Counted from the stretch's first letter, positions 49,947 through 60,829 are shown. The stretch is DNA of 64,000 nt from an uncultured delta proteobacterium (GCA_963712115.1 CAVQGX010000042.1:32001-96000), one strand, 5' to 3'. Notes: a model not told the origin generated them from the letters alone. Made by a program: numbers and translations.

Positions 49947-50090
49947 GCACTCCTCCTATGTAAAATCGATGCGATTATAGCAACGCAGCCCTTTTATGTC
50001 CAGAACCTTCCTAAGTCCATCCGATTGCTTCATTAGTCACTCTCTGTCATAATGTTACTCCGCCACTAAACGAACGATGAAGATTACTAG

Positions 50091-50831
50091 ATGACAGAAA
50101 AGCAATCATCTCAAAAAATCAAAGCTTACGTTCGCGAACTATATGCGAAACTTGCAGCACACGGCAGTGCCAACATCAGTTCTGCGCCTATAGCCTGCGG
50201 AGAAGAACTGGCCCACGCTCTCGGATACGACACCTCATTCTTGCCAATTCCCAAAAAAGCTTGGAGATTATTTGCCGGTTGCGGGAACCCTCTTGAAGAG
50301 ATCAGGCTCGGGCTGCACTGGACAGTTTTGGATTTAGGCTGTGGTGTTGGTATTGATAGCCAGATGGCTGCCCTTTCTATGAAGCCACCTGGTAGGGTGA
50401 TCGGCATGGACATCACTAGAGAACTGCTCCATCATGCCAGAGAGTATTCAAGTTCGCACCCTGTTTGTCACTGGCTGACAGGTGATGGGGAGCAGCTTCC
50501 CTTGCGATCAGAGTGTATCGACTTGGTCACGGCCAACGGGTCTTTTAATCTGATGCCCCATAAAGAACAAGCCCTGACAGAGATACATCGAGTGCTTAAG
50601 CCTGGAGGTTATCTCTCTCTGGCAGACCTCATTGCCGTGGATGAGATGGAGCCAATTGTTGAAGGATTCGAGGAAGCCTGGAGCTGGTGCGTAGCCGGGG
50701 CACTCACTGCCGGCGAATACGACTTTTTAATGCGGTCCACTGGATTTTCCTGGTGGGAGCTAAAAGAAAAGAGTAACTATGGTCCTCTGGCCGCCGCCCA
50801 CCTCCTCGCCCGGAAGGGCGTAAGAGACTAG
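50091..50831 (+). CDS. ArsM-like class I SAM methyltransferase
   Basis: AGCGNP, VLDLGCGVGID, RVLKPGG, WSWCVAGAL. Confidence 0.8.
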   Translation: MTEKQSSQKIKAYVRELYAKLAAHGSANISSAPIACGEELAHALGYDTSFLPIPKKAWRLFAGCGNPLEEIRLGLHWTVLDLGCGVGIDSQMAALSMKPPGRVIGMDITRELLHHAREYSSSHPVCHWLTGDGEQLPLRSECIDLVTANGSFNLMPHKEQALTEIHRVLKPGGYLSLADLIAVDEMEPIVEGFEEAWSWCVAGALTAGEYDFLMRSTGFSWWELKEKSNYGPLAAAHLLARKGVRD

Positions 50832-50903
50832 GAACTAGGGACTAGACACTAAGCACTTTTTAAAATTATTTGGTGCCTAGTGCCTAGTTCTTAGTGTCTA
50901 GTG
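50826..50903. repeat. Inverted heptamer arms (CACTAGG / CCTAGTG) containing both convergent stop codons
   Basis: gacTAGg aactagg gactaga cactaag ... gcctagt gcctagt tcttagt gtCTAgt. Confidence 0.88.
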
Positions 50904-51422
50904 TAATGAGTGCTTTGCGTCCTTCTTGGTTTTCTTTCTAGCAGCTGTCCCTACTTTCTCCAAAATATCGCTGGTGGAGACTCCAACCTCTAGGGGGATC
51001 CTTGACACCTTGCCCCCAGCTTCCTTAACCTCTGAAGCACCTACGATTTTTTCTTCCGGCCAATCGCCTCCCTTGACCAGAACATCCGGTTTGAGCAGCT
51101 TGATCAAAACTAGGGGATCAAGTTCATCGAAGATTGTTACCCAATCGACACAACCCAGTGCCGCCACTACCTCTGCTCTCTGCTCCTCCGGAATAATCGG
51201 GCGGTCTGGTCCTTTGATCTGCCGCACCGAGCTGTCACTGTTGACCGCCACCACCAAACAGTCACCCTGCTTGCGAGCCTCTTGCAGGTAGCGCACGTGT
51301 CCAACATGAAGAAGGTCGAAACAGCCATTGGTAAAGACCACTATTTTTCCTGACTGCCGGAGTGAGTCCACCTTTGCCTTTATAGTATTTCGATCAAGAA
51401 TCTTTTCCGCCGCATCTAACAT
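50898..51422 (-). CDS. rfaE2: D-glycero-beta-D-manno-heptose 1-phosphate adenylyltransferase
   Basis: FTNGCFDLLHVGH, NSDSSV..KG..RP, KGGDW, STS. Confidence 0.93.
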   Translation of the reverse strand: MLDAAEKILDRNTIKAKVDSLRQSGKIVVFTNGCFDLLHVGHVRYLQEARKQGDCLVVAVNSDSSVRQIKGPDRPIIPEEQRAEVVAALGCVDWVTIFDELDPLVLIKLLKPDVLVKGGDWPEEKIVGASEVKEAGGKVSRIPLEVGVSTSDILEKVGTAARKKTKKDAKHSLH

Positions 51423-51498
51423 TACATCTCCATGTTATTGTGCAGGTTGCAGAGGGAAAATCATTTTCGTTGTCTGTCCACAGAAAAAGCCTGTGATC

Positions 51499-51662
51499 AA
51501 ATCCTAAATTCTAAATCCGAAGCACGAAACAAATCCCAAATTCCAATTCTCCAATATCAAAAACATATCTACTCTTTTCAAGAAGAATTGCCCGGCGTTT
51601 TGTTCATTTGGATTTTGGAAATTTGAATTTGTTTAGGATTTCGATATTCGAATTTCGGATTT
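51499..51662. repeat. Family-A inverted heptamer-arm element
   Basis: aaatcctaaattctaaatccgaagcacgaaacaaatcccaaat... / ...tttgaatttgtttaggatttcgatattcgaatttcggattt. Confidence 0.88.
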
Positions 51663-51741
51663 TGCTTGCGTATGTCGCTAAGCAGTGGTCCGGGCACGGA
51701 AATGTTCAGCTTTAACTCCCAAAGCCTCTGCCCTGTCATTA

Positions 51742-52578
51742 CTACGCTACGGTTCGTGCAACAGTCAGGACTACTACCTCCCTGGCCCTTCCAGCCTTTT
51801 TTAATACCCGCACACACTGATTCACCGTTTCTCCTGTGGTCAGCACATCATCCAGAAGGAGGATACCTTTACCCTTAATCTTTTCTGTAACCTTTAGACT
51901 GAAGGCTCCTTTGACGTTCGCTGCCCTTTGGTTGCGGCTTAAACCGATTTGCGGGTCAGTCCAGCGAGTCCGCTTTAAACTGGAATAATCTACGGGTATT
52001 TTCAAAAGAGAACCTAACCGTCTCGCCAGCAAAGATGCCTGGTTAAATCCCCTCTGGCGCAGACGTTTGTAATGGAGAGGAACGGGAACAATCTTATCTA
52101 TCCTGTGCAGCCCGGTTAACTCCTTTCCCGGACCAATCAACATTCTGGCTAAAGGCCTCACCAGAAAAGTCTGCCCCCCATACTTGAAGCGATGGATGAC
52201 CTCTCTGATAAGTCCCTGGTAGAATCCTGTTGCTCGAGCCCGGTCAAAGAGGTGAACGGACCCGAGACAGTCACCACAGAGGTGGCTGGTCGCTGTTTTT
52301 GCGCCGAAAGGAATTCCACAGAGGGGACAATAGGGTTCTGAAATGAGATCCAGAGCAATGAAACAATCCGGGCAAAACGGTTCTGACTTTTCAGCATAGA
52401 AGGCTCGAGAGCAACCCGCACACATTGGTGGATAGAGGAGAAGAATTATCTCTTGTGCTAGTCTGGCGGTGAGAGCTGGTACCCGCCGGGCCCAGCTTTG
52501 CATATGGGCAGTGGCTCTGCGGAGATTTGGTTTGTTTGCCTGCATTTTTACTAGCGAGCGGCAATTCCAACCAGGCAC
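51742..52578 (-). CDS. comF: ComF family protein (double Zn ribbon + PRTase); true start probably 52543 or later
   Basis: YPPMCAGC, CPLCG, VPVPLH..RLRQRGFNQ, LLDDVLTTGET. Confidence 0.9.
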   Translation of the reverse strand: MPGWNCRSLVKMQANKPNLRRATAHMQSWARRVPALTARLAQEIILLLYPPMCAGCSRAFYAEKSEPFCPDCFIALDLISEPYCPLCGIPFGAKTATSHLCGDCLGSVHLFDRARATGFYQGLIREVIHRFKYGGQTFLVRPLARMLIGPGKELTGLHRIDKIVPVPLHYKRLRQRGFNQASLLARRLGSLLKIPVDYSSLKRTRWTDPQIGLSRNQRAANVKGAFSLKVTEKIKGKGILLLDDVLTTGETVNQCVRVLKKAGRAREVVVLTVARTVA

Positions 52579-52705
52579 TAGGCACTAAGCACTAGGCACT
52601 GAAGGGAATTGATCCATTTAACTTGTTCCTCTGGGTAGTTCATAGTGCATACTGCCTAGTGCCTAGTGCGCAGAGCGCTATGCGCTATGCGATTTGCGCT
52701 CTGCG
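52573..52705. repeat. CACTAGG inverted arms plus CTATGCG tract between icd and comF
   Basis: aggcact aggcact aagcact aggcact ... tgcctag tgcctag; cgctatg cgctatg cgatttg cgctctg. Confidence 0.85.
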
Positions 52706-52707
52706 TT

Positions 52708-53946
52708 TTACATATGTTCCACTATTGCGGCGCCGAACTCGGAGCATTTGACCTCTTTAGCCCCTTCCATCTGCCTGGCCAGGTCGTAGGTCACAATTCC
52801 GTCTAATATGGTCGATTCCAGGGCGGTGCGAATTAGATCACCCACCTCTTTCCACCCTAAAAAATCAAACATCATAGCACCGGAAAGAATAAGGGAACTC
52901 GGGTTTACCTTGTCCTGGCCAGCATATTTTGGGGCCGTCCCGTGCGTGGCTTCAAAAACTGCGGCTTGGTCACCAATGTTGGCTCCGGGGGCCATTCCTA
53001 GACCTCCTACTTGAGCTGCCAGGGCATCGGAAAGATAGTCACCATTCAAGTTTGGCATTGCCAACACGCCATACTCGTCGGGCCTCAGTAGTGCCTGCTG
53101 GAACATCATGTCCGCGATGCGATCCTTAATGACCACCTTGTCCGTTGGCTCCTGTCCCCCATGTTTTTCGTAAATTTCAGCTTCCGAGACGGTCTGACCT
53201 GGGAATTCCGCTGCTGCCAACTCGTAACCCCATTGGCGGAAGGCACCTTCGGTGTACTTCATGATGTTCCCCTTGTGCACCAGTGTGACGCTCCGGTAAC
53301 CTTGATCGAGGGCATGCCGAATGGCTCGTCTAACCAGCCTCTGACTTGCATAGCGACTCATGGGCTTGATTCCAATAGCAGATTCCGGCCGGATCTCCTT
53401 ATTCAGGTGTTCTCTGATGTAACTAACCAGACGGTTGGCCTCGGGTGAACCGGCTGGCCACTCAATCCCTGCATAAACGTCTTCCGTGTTTTCTCGGAAG
53501 ACCACCATGTCCACCTTTTCCGGGAAACGAACGGGCGCAGGAACACCCTTGTAGTAACGGACCGGTCGCACACAGGCATAGAGGTCGAGGACCTGCCTGA
53601 GTGTAACATTCAAGCTCCGTATGCCACCGCCTACTGGAGTGGTGAGGGGTCCTTTTATTCCCACAATATTATCGCGCAGCAACTGCAAAGTCTCTTCCGG
53701 CAACCACTGGCCGGTCTCGGCGAAAGCGATTTCACCAGCCAGTCCCTCCTGCCACTGAATCCGTCTTTGACCCCCATATGCCTTTGCTACTCCAGAGTCA
53801 AACACCTTGACGGCGGCCCGCGAAATATCAGGGCCGATTCCGTCACCTTCAATGAAAATCAGCTGGGGATTCTCAGGAACGGTTAAGGTTCCGTCATCGT
53901 TGAGAGTTATTTTTTCACCCTTTTGAGATGAAGTCTCTGTAGTCAT
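52708..53946 (-). CDS. icd: NADP-dependent isocitrate dehydrogenase
   Basis: [50 protein letters not shown]. Confidence 0.97.
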   Translation of the reverse strand: MTTETSSQKGEKITLNDDGTLTVPENPQLIFIEGDGIGPDISRAAVKVFDSGVAKAYGGQRRIQWQEGLAGEIAFAETGQWLPEETLQLLRDNIVGIKGPLTTPVGGGIRSLNVTLRQVLDLYACVRPVRYYKGVPAPVRFPEKVDMVVFRENTEDVYAGIEWPAGSPEANRLVSYIREHLNKEIRPESAIGIKPMSRYASQRLVRRAIRHALDQGYRSVTLVHKGNIMKYTEGAFRQWGYELAAAEFPGQTVSEAEIYEKHGGQEPTDKVVIKDRIADMMFQQALLRPDEYGVLAMPNLNGDYLSDALAAQVGGLGMAPGANIGDQAAVFEATHGTAPKYAGQDKVNPSSLILSGAMMFDFLGWKEVGDLIRTALESTILDGIVTYDLARQMEGAKEVKCSEFGAAIVEHM

Positions 53947-54109
53947 GATTTAGCCCTCACTAATTAGGTCATTTGGCCACTAACGTGGCCGTCATTATGC
54001 TCGACTGTCATTTATAGTATCTCATCATATTGCTTTATAATGGAAACTAAGCCCGAATGACTTAATGACATAGCAGCGTAGTGACCCAATGACTGAAGCA
54101 GCCCATGCG

Positions 54110-55015
54110 CTATGCCAGATCTTTCCTTCTTAAAAGAATCGCTCGCCACTCTTCCATTGTCCAGCTATCTACCTCTTTAAAATAATGAGCCTCGAAGCAT
54201 TTGACAACCTCTTCCATCTGTTCGTTCAATATACCCGAAAGCACCAACCACCCCTCGGGTGAAACGCAGCGGGACAGGCTGGCTGCCATTTGCGTTATGA
54301 CTGGCGCAGTTAGGTTGGCGATGACCAAATCGTATCTATCGCCCAATCGATGGAGAGGAATACTACTTACCGACATAATCCCCTCTACCCCATTTCTGAG
54401 CAGGTTCTCCTCCGCCACCTTGAGGGCTTCGGGATCAAGGTCCAGGCCCAAAACTCGTCTAGCCCCTAAACGTGCAGCAGCAATCCCTAAAATACCGCTC
54501 CCTGTGCCAACATCCAAGACAGAAGTGACTGAGTCCATTTTTTCCCTGGAGGACTCACTTAGAATTAGCTCTAGTATTTCAAGGCAAAGAGCCGTGCTGG
54601 GATGTTTGCCGGTTCCAAAGGCTCGTCCAGGATCGATCTCTATCAACACCTGCCCAGGTTTTGGCTCATATGGTTCCCAGGTGGGCTTGATTACAATGTT
54701 TTTGCCGATAATCAATGGTTTGAAGAATGACTTCCAGGTCTCAGACCAATCTTCACCTGGCAGATCTTTTTGCGCCACCCTTAGTTCCGGCAGGTTCGGA
54801 TACAACTGCTGTAGATCTCGGTAATAATGGGTTAACTGCTGGAGGCAGACCTGCGCTTCCTGACCCTCGTAGCAGTAAGCCGTGACCCATTCTCCTTCGA
54901 GTTGAACACCCCGCTTCGTTTGTTCCACCAGAAAGTTGGCTACTACCTCTTGCACGGCCGCTGGGCACCAAACAGACAGGCTAACCCATTTCCTTTCGCA
55001 TTTCTCATTTCGCAT
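54110..55015 (-). CDS. prmA: Ribosomal protein L11 methyltransferase
   Basis: EDWSETWK, IDPGRAFGTG.HPST, VLDVGTGSGIL, LSGI. Confidence 0.93.
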   Translation of the reverse strand: MRNEKCERKWVSLSVWCPAAVQEVVANFLVEQTKRGVQLEGEWVTAYCYEGQEAQVCLQQLTHYYRDLQQLYPNLPELRVAQKDLPGEDWSETWKSFFKPLIIGKNIVIKPTWEPYEPKPGQVLIEIDPGRAFGTGKHPSTALCLEILELILSESSREKMDSVTSVLDVGTGSGILGIAAARLGARRVLGLDLDPEALKVAEENLLRNGVEGIMSVSSIPLHRLGDRYDLVIANLTAPVITQMAASLSRCVSPEGWLVLSGILNEQMEEVVKCFEAHYFKEVDSWTMEEWRAILLRRKDLA

Positions 55016-55160
55016 TTTTCATTTTACATTTATCATTTATCATCTGACGTTTCACCTTTCTCATTTTCAACTGTATCAAATTGAAGGATGAGTCATAGCA
55101 CTCAATGTGCAATGATAAATGAGCAATAAGAGATGAGAGACGAGAGATGAGAAATGAAAT
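54987..55160. repeat. Inverted heptamer arms (CATTTYN / NRAAATG) overlapping the prmA start
   Basis: catttct catttcg cattttt catttta catttat catttat ... aaatgag caataag agatgag agacgag agatgag aaatga. Confidence 0.85.
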
Positions 55161-55176
55161 GGGCTATGCGATCTGA

Positions 55177-57253
55177 TTAACCAACCGTCCTGGTTTTGGC
55201 CCTTTCCGCCGACAGCATCCTTATTTTTTGAATGCCCACCACTGCAGCATAAATGGCAATACCAAGGGGGTAGAAATAATACTTCATGGTTTGATCCACA
55301 TTGAAGAAGGTGGCAACGCCCCCCGGGTGAAAGAGTATAAACCATGCTGTTAGAAAGAAAGGAATGTCATACAACTTGTTTTTGGTCAAACACCACCCTT
55401 GGGCAAAACATTCAAATGAGGACATGCCGATCAGGGCCATAACAAATATGAGGATGGCCTGAGGCCAGTTGTTGATGTTGTGGAGGATCAGCTCCGGATT
55501 GAAGACGAACATGAAGGCAATACAAGAAGTTCGGATGTCGTACAAAAATCCTTGAATACCGGTGGCAATCGGGTCAGAATCCGCTATGGCCGCAGCAGCA
55601 TAAGCAGCCAGACCCACCGGTGGGGTATCGTCAGCCAGGATGCCGAAATAGAAACAAAACAGGTGAGCGGCCATAAGAGGAATGACAAAGTCAAAAAGAG
55701 AACCAACATTGACGATGATCGGAGCAGTCAATGATGCCATGACGATATATGTCGCCGTGGTGGGAAGGCCCATGCCAATTATGAGACTGGCAATGGCGGT
55801 GATCAGCAGCAAGAGAAAGATGTTCCCCTGGGAGAGAACCTCTACCACATAAGCTATCATACCCCCTAGCCCCATATTGACCACACCGACTATGATTCCG
55901 GCGGAGGCACATGCCAAGGCCACGGACATCATGTTTTTCGAGCCTTGAATCAAACCATTCACGATAATTCGAACACTCTCTGCTATGCCTGATCCAACCC
56001 CCTTCTTGTCACTGATCGCCTTTCGTATTTCCTGGTAGAAAATGACCACAAACAAGAGCAGTATTGATCTAAAAGCAGCAAGTTCCGGAGAGTGCCTGAG
56101 ATACACCAGTTCCCAGAGCAGGACACCTAGTGGGATCAAATAATGGACGCCTGTTTTCAGTGTGCCAATAAAGCTTGGAATATCTTCAGGGGGAAGTCCT
56201 TCAATGCCCAGTTTGGATGCTTCCAGGTGTGCTATGCAAAAAAGCCCGAAATAAGAAGCGAAAGCAGGAATGGCCGCCGCCTTTACCACCTCTATGTAGG
56301 GCACGTTTACATACTCGGCGATGATAAAGGCCGCCGCCCCCATTATGGGAGGCATCAACTGCCCGTCGGTGCTGGCGGCCACCTCCACCGCAGCCGCTTT
56401 CTTTGCCGGGTAACCGATCTTCTTCATCAAGGGGATGGTAAAAGGCCCGGTGGTAACAATATTAGCAATGCTGGAGCCGGAAACGAGTCCAGTGGCACCG
56501 CTGGCCACAATGGCGGCCTTTGCCGCTCCCCCCTTGAATCTACCAAGAAAGGAGAGAGCAAGGTTGGTGAAAAATCTTCCTGCGCCCGCCTTGTCCAGTA
56601 AAGCACCCAAAAGGACAAAAAGATAGACGATTGCCGAGGACACCCCGAGAGGAATACCGTATATTCCTTCCGTAGAAAGGGTGATGTTGCTCAGGTATTT
56701 GCTCAGTGAAACCCCTTTGAATGCCAGAATTGCCGGCATGTGTGGGCCGAGGAAGGCATAGAGGGTAAAGCCCACGGCAATGACAGACAGAGCCGGCCCG
56801 ATAATTCTCCGGGTGGCTTCAAGGAGCAGTATGACCAGGATGCTTCCGGAAATCAGGTCAAGGGTAGTGGGCGATCCGGCCCGCATGGCGATCGCTTCGT
56901 AGAAAATGGCCAGGTAAAGGGCCGTAAAAGAGCCTAAAAGGGCAAATACATAGTCCGCCATAGGTATGCGGTCTGGTAACCGAAAGATAGCCGAGGTATT
57001 TTTTCCGCTTTTTCAAGGCTGGCATGAGAAGAAAGAGTAGCGACATGGCAAAAGCAAGATGGATAGCCCTTTCTTGAGTGCTGTCAATTACCAGCACGCT
57101 TGGAAGTGCCAGTTGATAGAGAGCCCAGGCAATGGCTATTATTGAAACGAGTATATTTTCAACTGGCCGCAAAGTGCGAACATCACCCGTTTCTTCCTTC
57201 AGCAGCTCCTCTGCAGTTTTCAGTCCCTTTTTTATCCCGAGTTTTTGCAGCAT
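55177..57253 (-). pseudogene. TRAP fused (4TM/12TM) permease paralog split by one +1 frameshift near 56974 (pseudogene or sequencing error)
   Basis: Minus strand CTT TCG GTT ACC [A] GAC CGC ATA CCT; removing one base gives LSVTDRIP, matching paralog LSATDKIP. Confidence 0.8.
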
Positions 57254-57370
57254 CGCCAAACCTTTTGCCGGTTTTAAAGTCTTCGATGGGCCTTGCGACA
57301 ATAATTTCGCAGGAGTATTTTAAGGATCCCCAATCCATCCATATCGCCTGGATTGGGACTTTGCGGCATG

Positions 57371-57826
57371 CTATCTTCTTCGGTAAGAAGCGACGGTCAC
57401 CGGTGAATGCCGGAACATCTTCTCAGCCACCGAACCCACTAACAGATGTTCAATATTGCTCCGCCCTTTGGCTCCCATGACCACCATATCGACTTTTTCT
57501 TCTTTGGTAATTCTTAGAAGCTCTTCAAAGGGATGGCCCACCTTGAAGATGGTTTTTGTTTTCTCTTTGGGAAACCCGGAATCAGCTATCATTTTTTCGA
57601 GCTCTGCCTGTCGCGCTTCTTTGACACCTTTCACGTAATCCTCGGCACTTATTGAGTACCCCATGGATTGAATGGAAGCAATAGCTTGTACATCTTTAAT
57701 GTTAATGATGTTGGCCACAACAAGTTCCGCCTGCAATTGCGTGGCCAGCCGAGTGGCGTAAGCAAATGTTCCGGAACAGTACTCTGAAAAGCAGATGGCA
57801 ACCAGTATTTTGTTCACTTCCAGCAT
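57371..57826 (-). CDS. Universal stress protein
   Basis: KILVAICFS, GHPFEEL, DMVVMGAKG, VGSVAEK; GGAGG RBS. Confidence 0.9.
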   Translation of the reverse strand: MLEVNKILVAICFSEYCSGTFAYATRLATQLQAELVVANIINIKDVQAIASIQSMGYSISAEDYVKGVKEARQAELEKMIADSGFPKEKTKTIFKVGHPFEELLRITKEEKVDMVVMGAKGRSNIEHLLVGSVAEKMFRHSPVTVASYRRR

Positions 57827-57841
57827 GATCTCTCCTCCACT

Positions 57842-58379
57842 TCACTTCCCCTCTTGTAAATCTCTGACTGGGCAGAGCCCGATATGCTTTAAAGTGCCGC
57901 ATCAGGTCAGTATAGGCATATCCCCGGTTAAAGTTAAAAAGTTTAGAGCTTATTGTTCTTACTTTTATTTGTCTATCCTGCAATTTGTAGTCTATGGTCA
58001 TGGGCTCTGATGCCCACACCCAACCGCAACTAAGCCTGATTTCAGGGACTATCTTGACATTTTGGCCACAATCAGTCTCATATCCTTGGTAGTCTTTGTC
58101 ACGGACGTACAGTGTTTGTAGTTCTTCGATGGTGGGCAGCCGCCAGTTGTCGTAGCGAGCGGGTATAAGGTAGGGAAAAGTCCACTTACAATATTTCTCT
58201 GCATCCCGCCAATCTATGTCTCCCTGATTGTCATCTTTGGCCCACATGACTCCCAACTGGTGGTCCGTCACCGTTCCGTCACCGTTATCGGTAAATCGCT
58301 CACCAGCTGAAGCAGAAGAAACGATAACTGCCAGAAAAACTATAAACAAACCGAAGCACGAAGCTCGAAGCCTTAACAT
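57842..58379 (-). CDS. DUF1566 (Lcl C-terminal) exported protein with probable +1 frameshift near 57870
   Basis: RFTDNGDGTVTD..LGVMW, WRLPTIEEL; removing one base gives RALPVRDLQEGK* ending at 57842 instead of a 125-nt overlap with the USP gene. Confidence 0.75.
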
Positions 58380-58448
58380 CTTTCCTCTCCTTGAGAACCA
58401 TCAACACCGCTTGTCAGTTCTTATCAGATTGCGGCTGGATGGAAACAA

Positions 58449-58635
58449 AACCACAGAGAATACAAAGAGCACAAAGAAAATACCGCAAAACGTTTGGTAA
58501 ACAGTAAATGGTGAACAGCAAACGGATCTATTATGCACCTGCTCACCCTTCGCTGTTTTGTTTTTACTGTCTTTTCGCTATGCGCTATGCTCTATGCGCT
58601 TCGCCTCAATTGTGTTCTTCGTGTACTTCGTGGTT
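58449..58635. repeat. Nested inverted arms: outer nonamer, inner heptamer, plus solo CTATGCG tract
   Basis: aaccacagagaatacaaagagcacaaag / ttgtgttcttcgtgtacttcgtggtt; ggtaaacagtaaatggtgaacag / ctgctcacc...tttactg. Confidence 0.85.
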
Positions 58636-58673
58636 AATCACCCCCTCTGGCAAACACCCCTTTAAACCTCGCA

Positions 58674-60746
58674 TTATGCCGCGGCTGAAACGGCAACTTG
58701 TGGCCTCCTCGGCCTTTGCATCAGGTAGATCAAGCCGTAAAGAGCAAGGCCGATCAGGTACATCCAGTAACGCTGGTCGTGCGCAACACCGAGATATCTT
58801 GCAATAGCATCAGGTCTCATCAGAACGAATGTCACCAATAAGAGCAGCGGCAACTCGTAAAACCTGTTCTTCGCCACAAACCACCCCTGCGTTGCCGAGG
58901 CAAAAGCAAAGTTACCCATACATGCCATGGCAAATATTAGCAAACCAGCCGGCCAGCTGTTGATATTGTGCAGGATGAGGTCACTATTGAAAATAAACAT
59001 GAATGGCAAAATGGCCGTGCGAATATCGTACATGAATCCCTGGATCCCCGTAGCAATGGGATCCGATTTGGCAATGGCCGCAGCAGCGTAGGCAGCCAGA
59101 CCAACCGGCGGAGTGTCATCGGCCAGAATACCGAAATAAAAACAGAACAGATGGGCCGACATTAAGGGCACGATGAAGTCATATAGAGCGCCGATCTCAA
59201 CGATGGCCGGTGCCGTAAGTGAGGCCATGACAATGTAGGTGGCGGTGGTGGGCAGACCCATGCCGATAACAAGGCTGGCAAGCGCAGTAATGATTAGTAA
59301 CAAGTAGATATTGCCTCCGGAGAGGGTATCGATAATCTGGGTGATAAGACCTCCCAAACCCATGGCCACCACCCCAACGATGATCCCGGCGGAGGCTGTG
59401 GCCAGGGCCACAGAAACCATATTCCTGCCACCCGCTGCCAGGGCAGAGAATATCTCGACTACACTTTGCTTGAAGGCCGCACCGATGGGCTCTTTGTTGA
59501 GGTAGGCTTTAACCGGATTCTGCAACAGCATTACCGCAGCCATGACCCAGATACCATGAAATGCCGCCAGTTCGGGCGAGTGACGCACCACTACCAATTC
59601 ATAGAGCAACAGTAAGATTGGAATGAGGTAGTGAGCGCCGCCGATCAGGGTTTTAAAGAATTTTGGCAATTCTGCCCGGGGGATGCCCCGCAAACCCAGT
59701 TTGGAGGCTTCGATGTGAGTGATGTAAAAAAGAGCTGCGTAAGAGGCAAAGGCCGGTATGGCCGCCGCTTTGATCACCGCAATGTAAGGCACATTGACGT
59801 ACTCGGCAATGATAAAAGCCGCCGCCCCCATAATGGGAGGGGCGAGCTGGCCGTCGGTGCTGGCCGCCACCTCAATCGCAGCCGCCTTGGTTGCCGGATA
59901 GCCAACCTTCTTCATTAGGGGGATGGTGAAGGTCCCGGTAGTAACTATGTTGGCAATACTCGAGCCTGAGACCAGACCGGTCAACCCACTTCCCACGATG
60001 GCAGCCTTGGCCGGTCCGCCCTTGAAGCCGCCCAGCAGACTCAAGGCAAGTTGAATGAAATACCTCCCTGCCCCTGCCTTGTCCAGCATGGCCCCGAAGA
60101 GAACGAAGAGAAAAACAATGGTAGCCGACACATCCAGGGGGATGCCGTAGATGCCTTCAGTGGACATGGTCATCTGGCCTATGAACCGGTCCATGGAAAC
60201 ACCCTTGAAAGCAATGATGTCAGGCATATGGGGCCCCAAAAAGGAGTAGGCGCAAAAGGCAATAGCAATAGCGGGAAGGGCTGGACCAATAACCCGGCGG
60301 GCTGCCTCCAGGAGCAGGGCTGTCAAGGCCAGTCCCACAACAACGTCGCGGCTGATGGGGGATCCGATGCGTTCCATGATCCCACCGAAATCAAGCACAA
60401 TATATATGGCAGAGAAGGCAGCGATAAGGGCGACAATGTAGTCGAAGACAGGGATTTTGTCAGTGGCAGAGAGGAATTCCAGGCCAAACCTGGTCTTCTT
60501 TAGAAAGGGATAGTTCAAAAAGACGATGAGCAAGGCAAAACCCAGGTGAATGGCCCGGATATAAACGGTGTCGAGAATGAGCCAACTGGCGATGGACAAC
60601 TGGAAAAAGGACCAGACTACCGCAATGGTGGGAATGACGTACCTGGAGGGACCTTTGGGTAAGCGGCCTACTCCTTCCTCTTCCTCCGCCAGCTTTTTGG
60701 CCAGATCCAGACCTTCTTCCTTTTCATGCTTTTCCAAGTCAGTCAT
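58674..60746 (-). CDS. TRAP fused permease (TAXI type); start ATG 60746
   Basis: EGIYGIPL, GGPAKAA, SGSSIAN, EVAASTDGQLAPPIMGAAAF, GMGLPTT, DDTPPV. Confidence 0.93.
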   Translation of the reverse strand: MTDLEKHEKEEGLDLAKKLAEEEEGVGRLPKGPSRYVIPTIAVVWSFFQLSIASWLILDTVYIRAIHLGFALLIVFLNYPFLKKTRFGLEFLSATDKIPVFDYIVALIAAFSAIYIVLDFGGIMERIGSPISRDVVVGLALTALLLEAARRVIGPALPAIAIAFCAYSFLGPHMPDIIAFKGVSMDRFIGQMTMSTEGIYGIPLDVSATIVFLFVLFGAMLDKAGAGRYFIQLALSLLGGFKGGPAKAAIVGSGLTGLVSGSSIANIVTTGTFTIPLMKKVGYPATKAAAIEVAASTDGQLAPPIMGAAAFIIAEYVNVPYIAVIKAAAIPAFASYAALFYITHIEASKLGLRGIPRAELPKFFKTLIGGAHYLIPILLLLYELVVVRHSPELAAFHGIWVMAAVMLLQNPVKAYLNKEPIGAAFKQSVVEIFSALAAGGRNMVSVALATASAGIIVGVVAMGLGGLITQIIDTLSGGNIYLLLIITALASLVIGMGLPTTATYIVMASLTAPAIVEIGALYDFIVPLMSAHLFCFYFGILADDTPPVGLAAYAAAAIAKSDPIATGIQGFMYDIRTAILPFMFIFNSDLILHNINSWPAGLLIFAMACMGNFAFASATQGWFVAKNRFYELPLLLLVTFVLMRPDAIARYLGVAHDQRYWMYLIGLALYGLIYLMQRPRRPQVAVSAAA

Positions 60747-60829
60747 ATCATCACCTAGAGGTTGAAAGGTTGATTTAATTTTTAATAGCAACTTTCTAGA
60801 TGAATCAGGATATTACCTCCCTTTCGAAG

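Noticed and set aside
50091-50831. Selenocysteine in the ArsM-like methyltransferase
   Set aside because: The relevant positions are ordinary Cys codons and the ORF is uninterrupted
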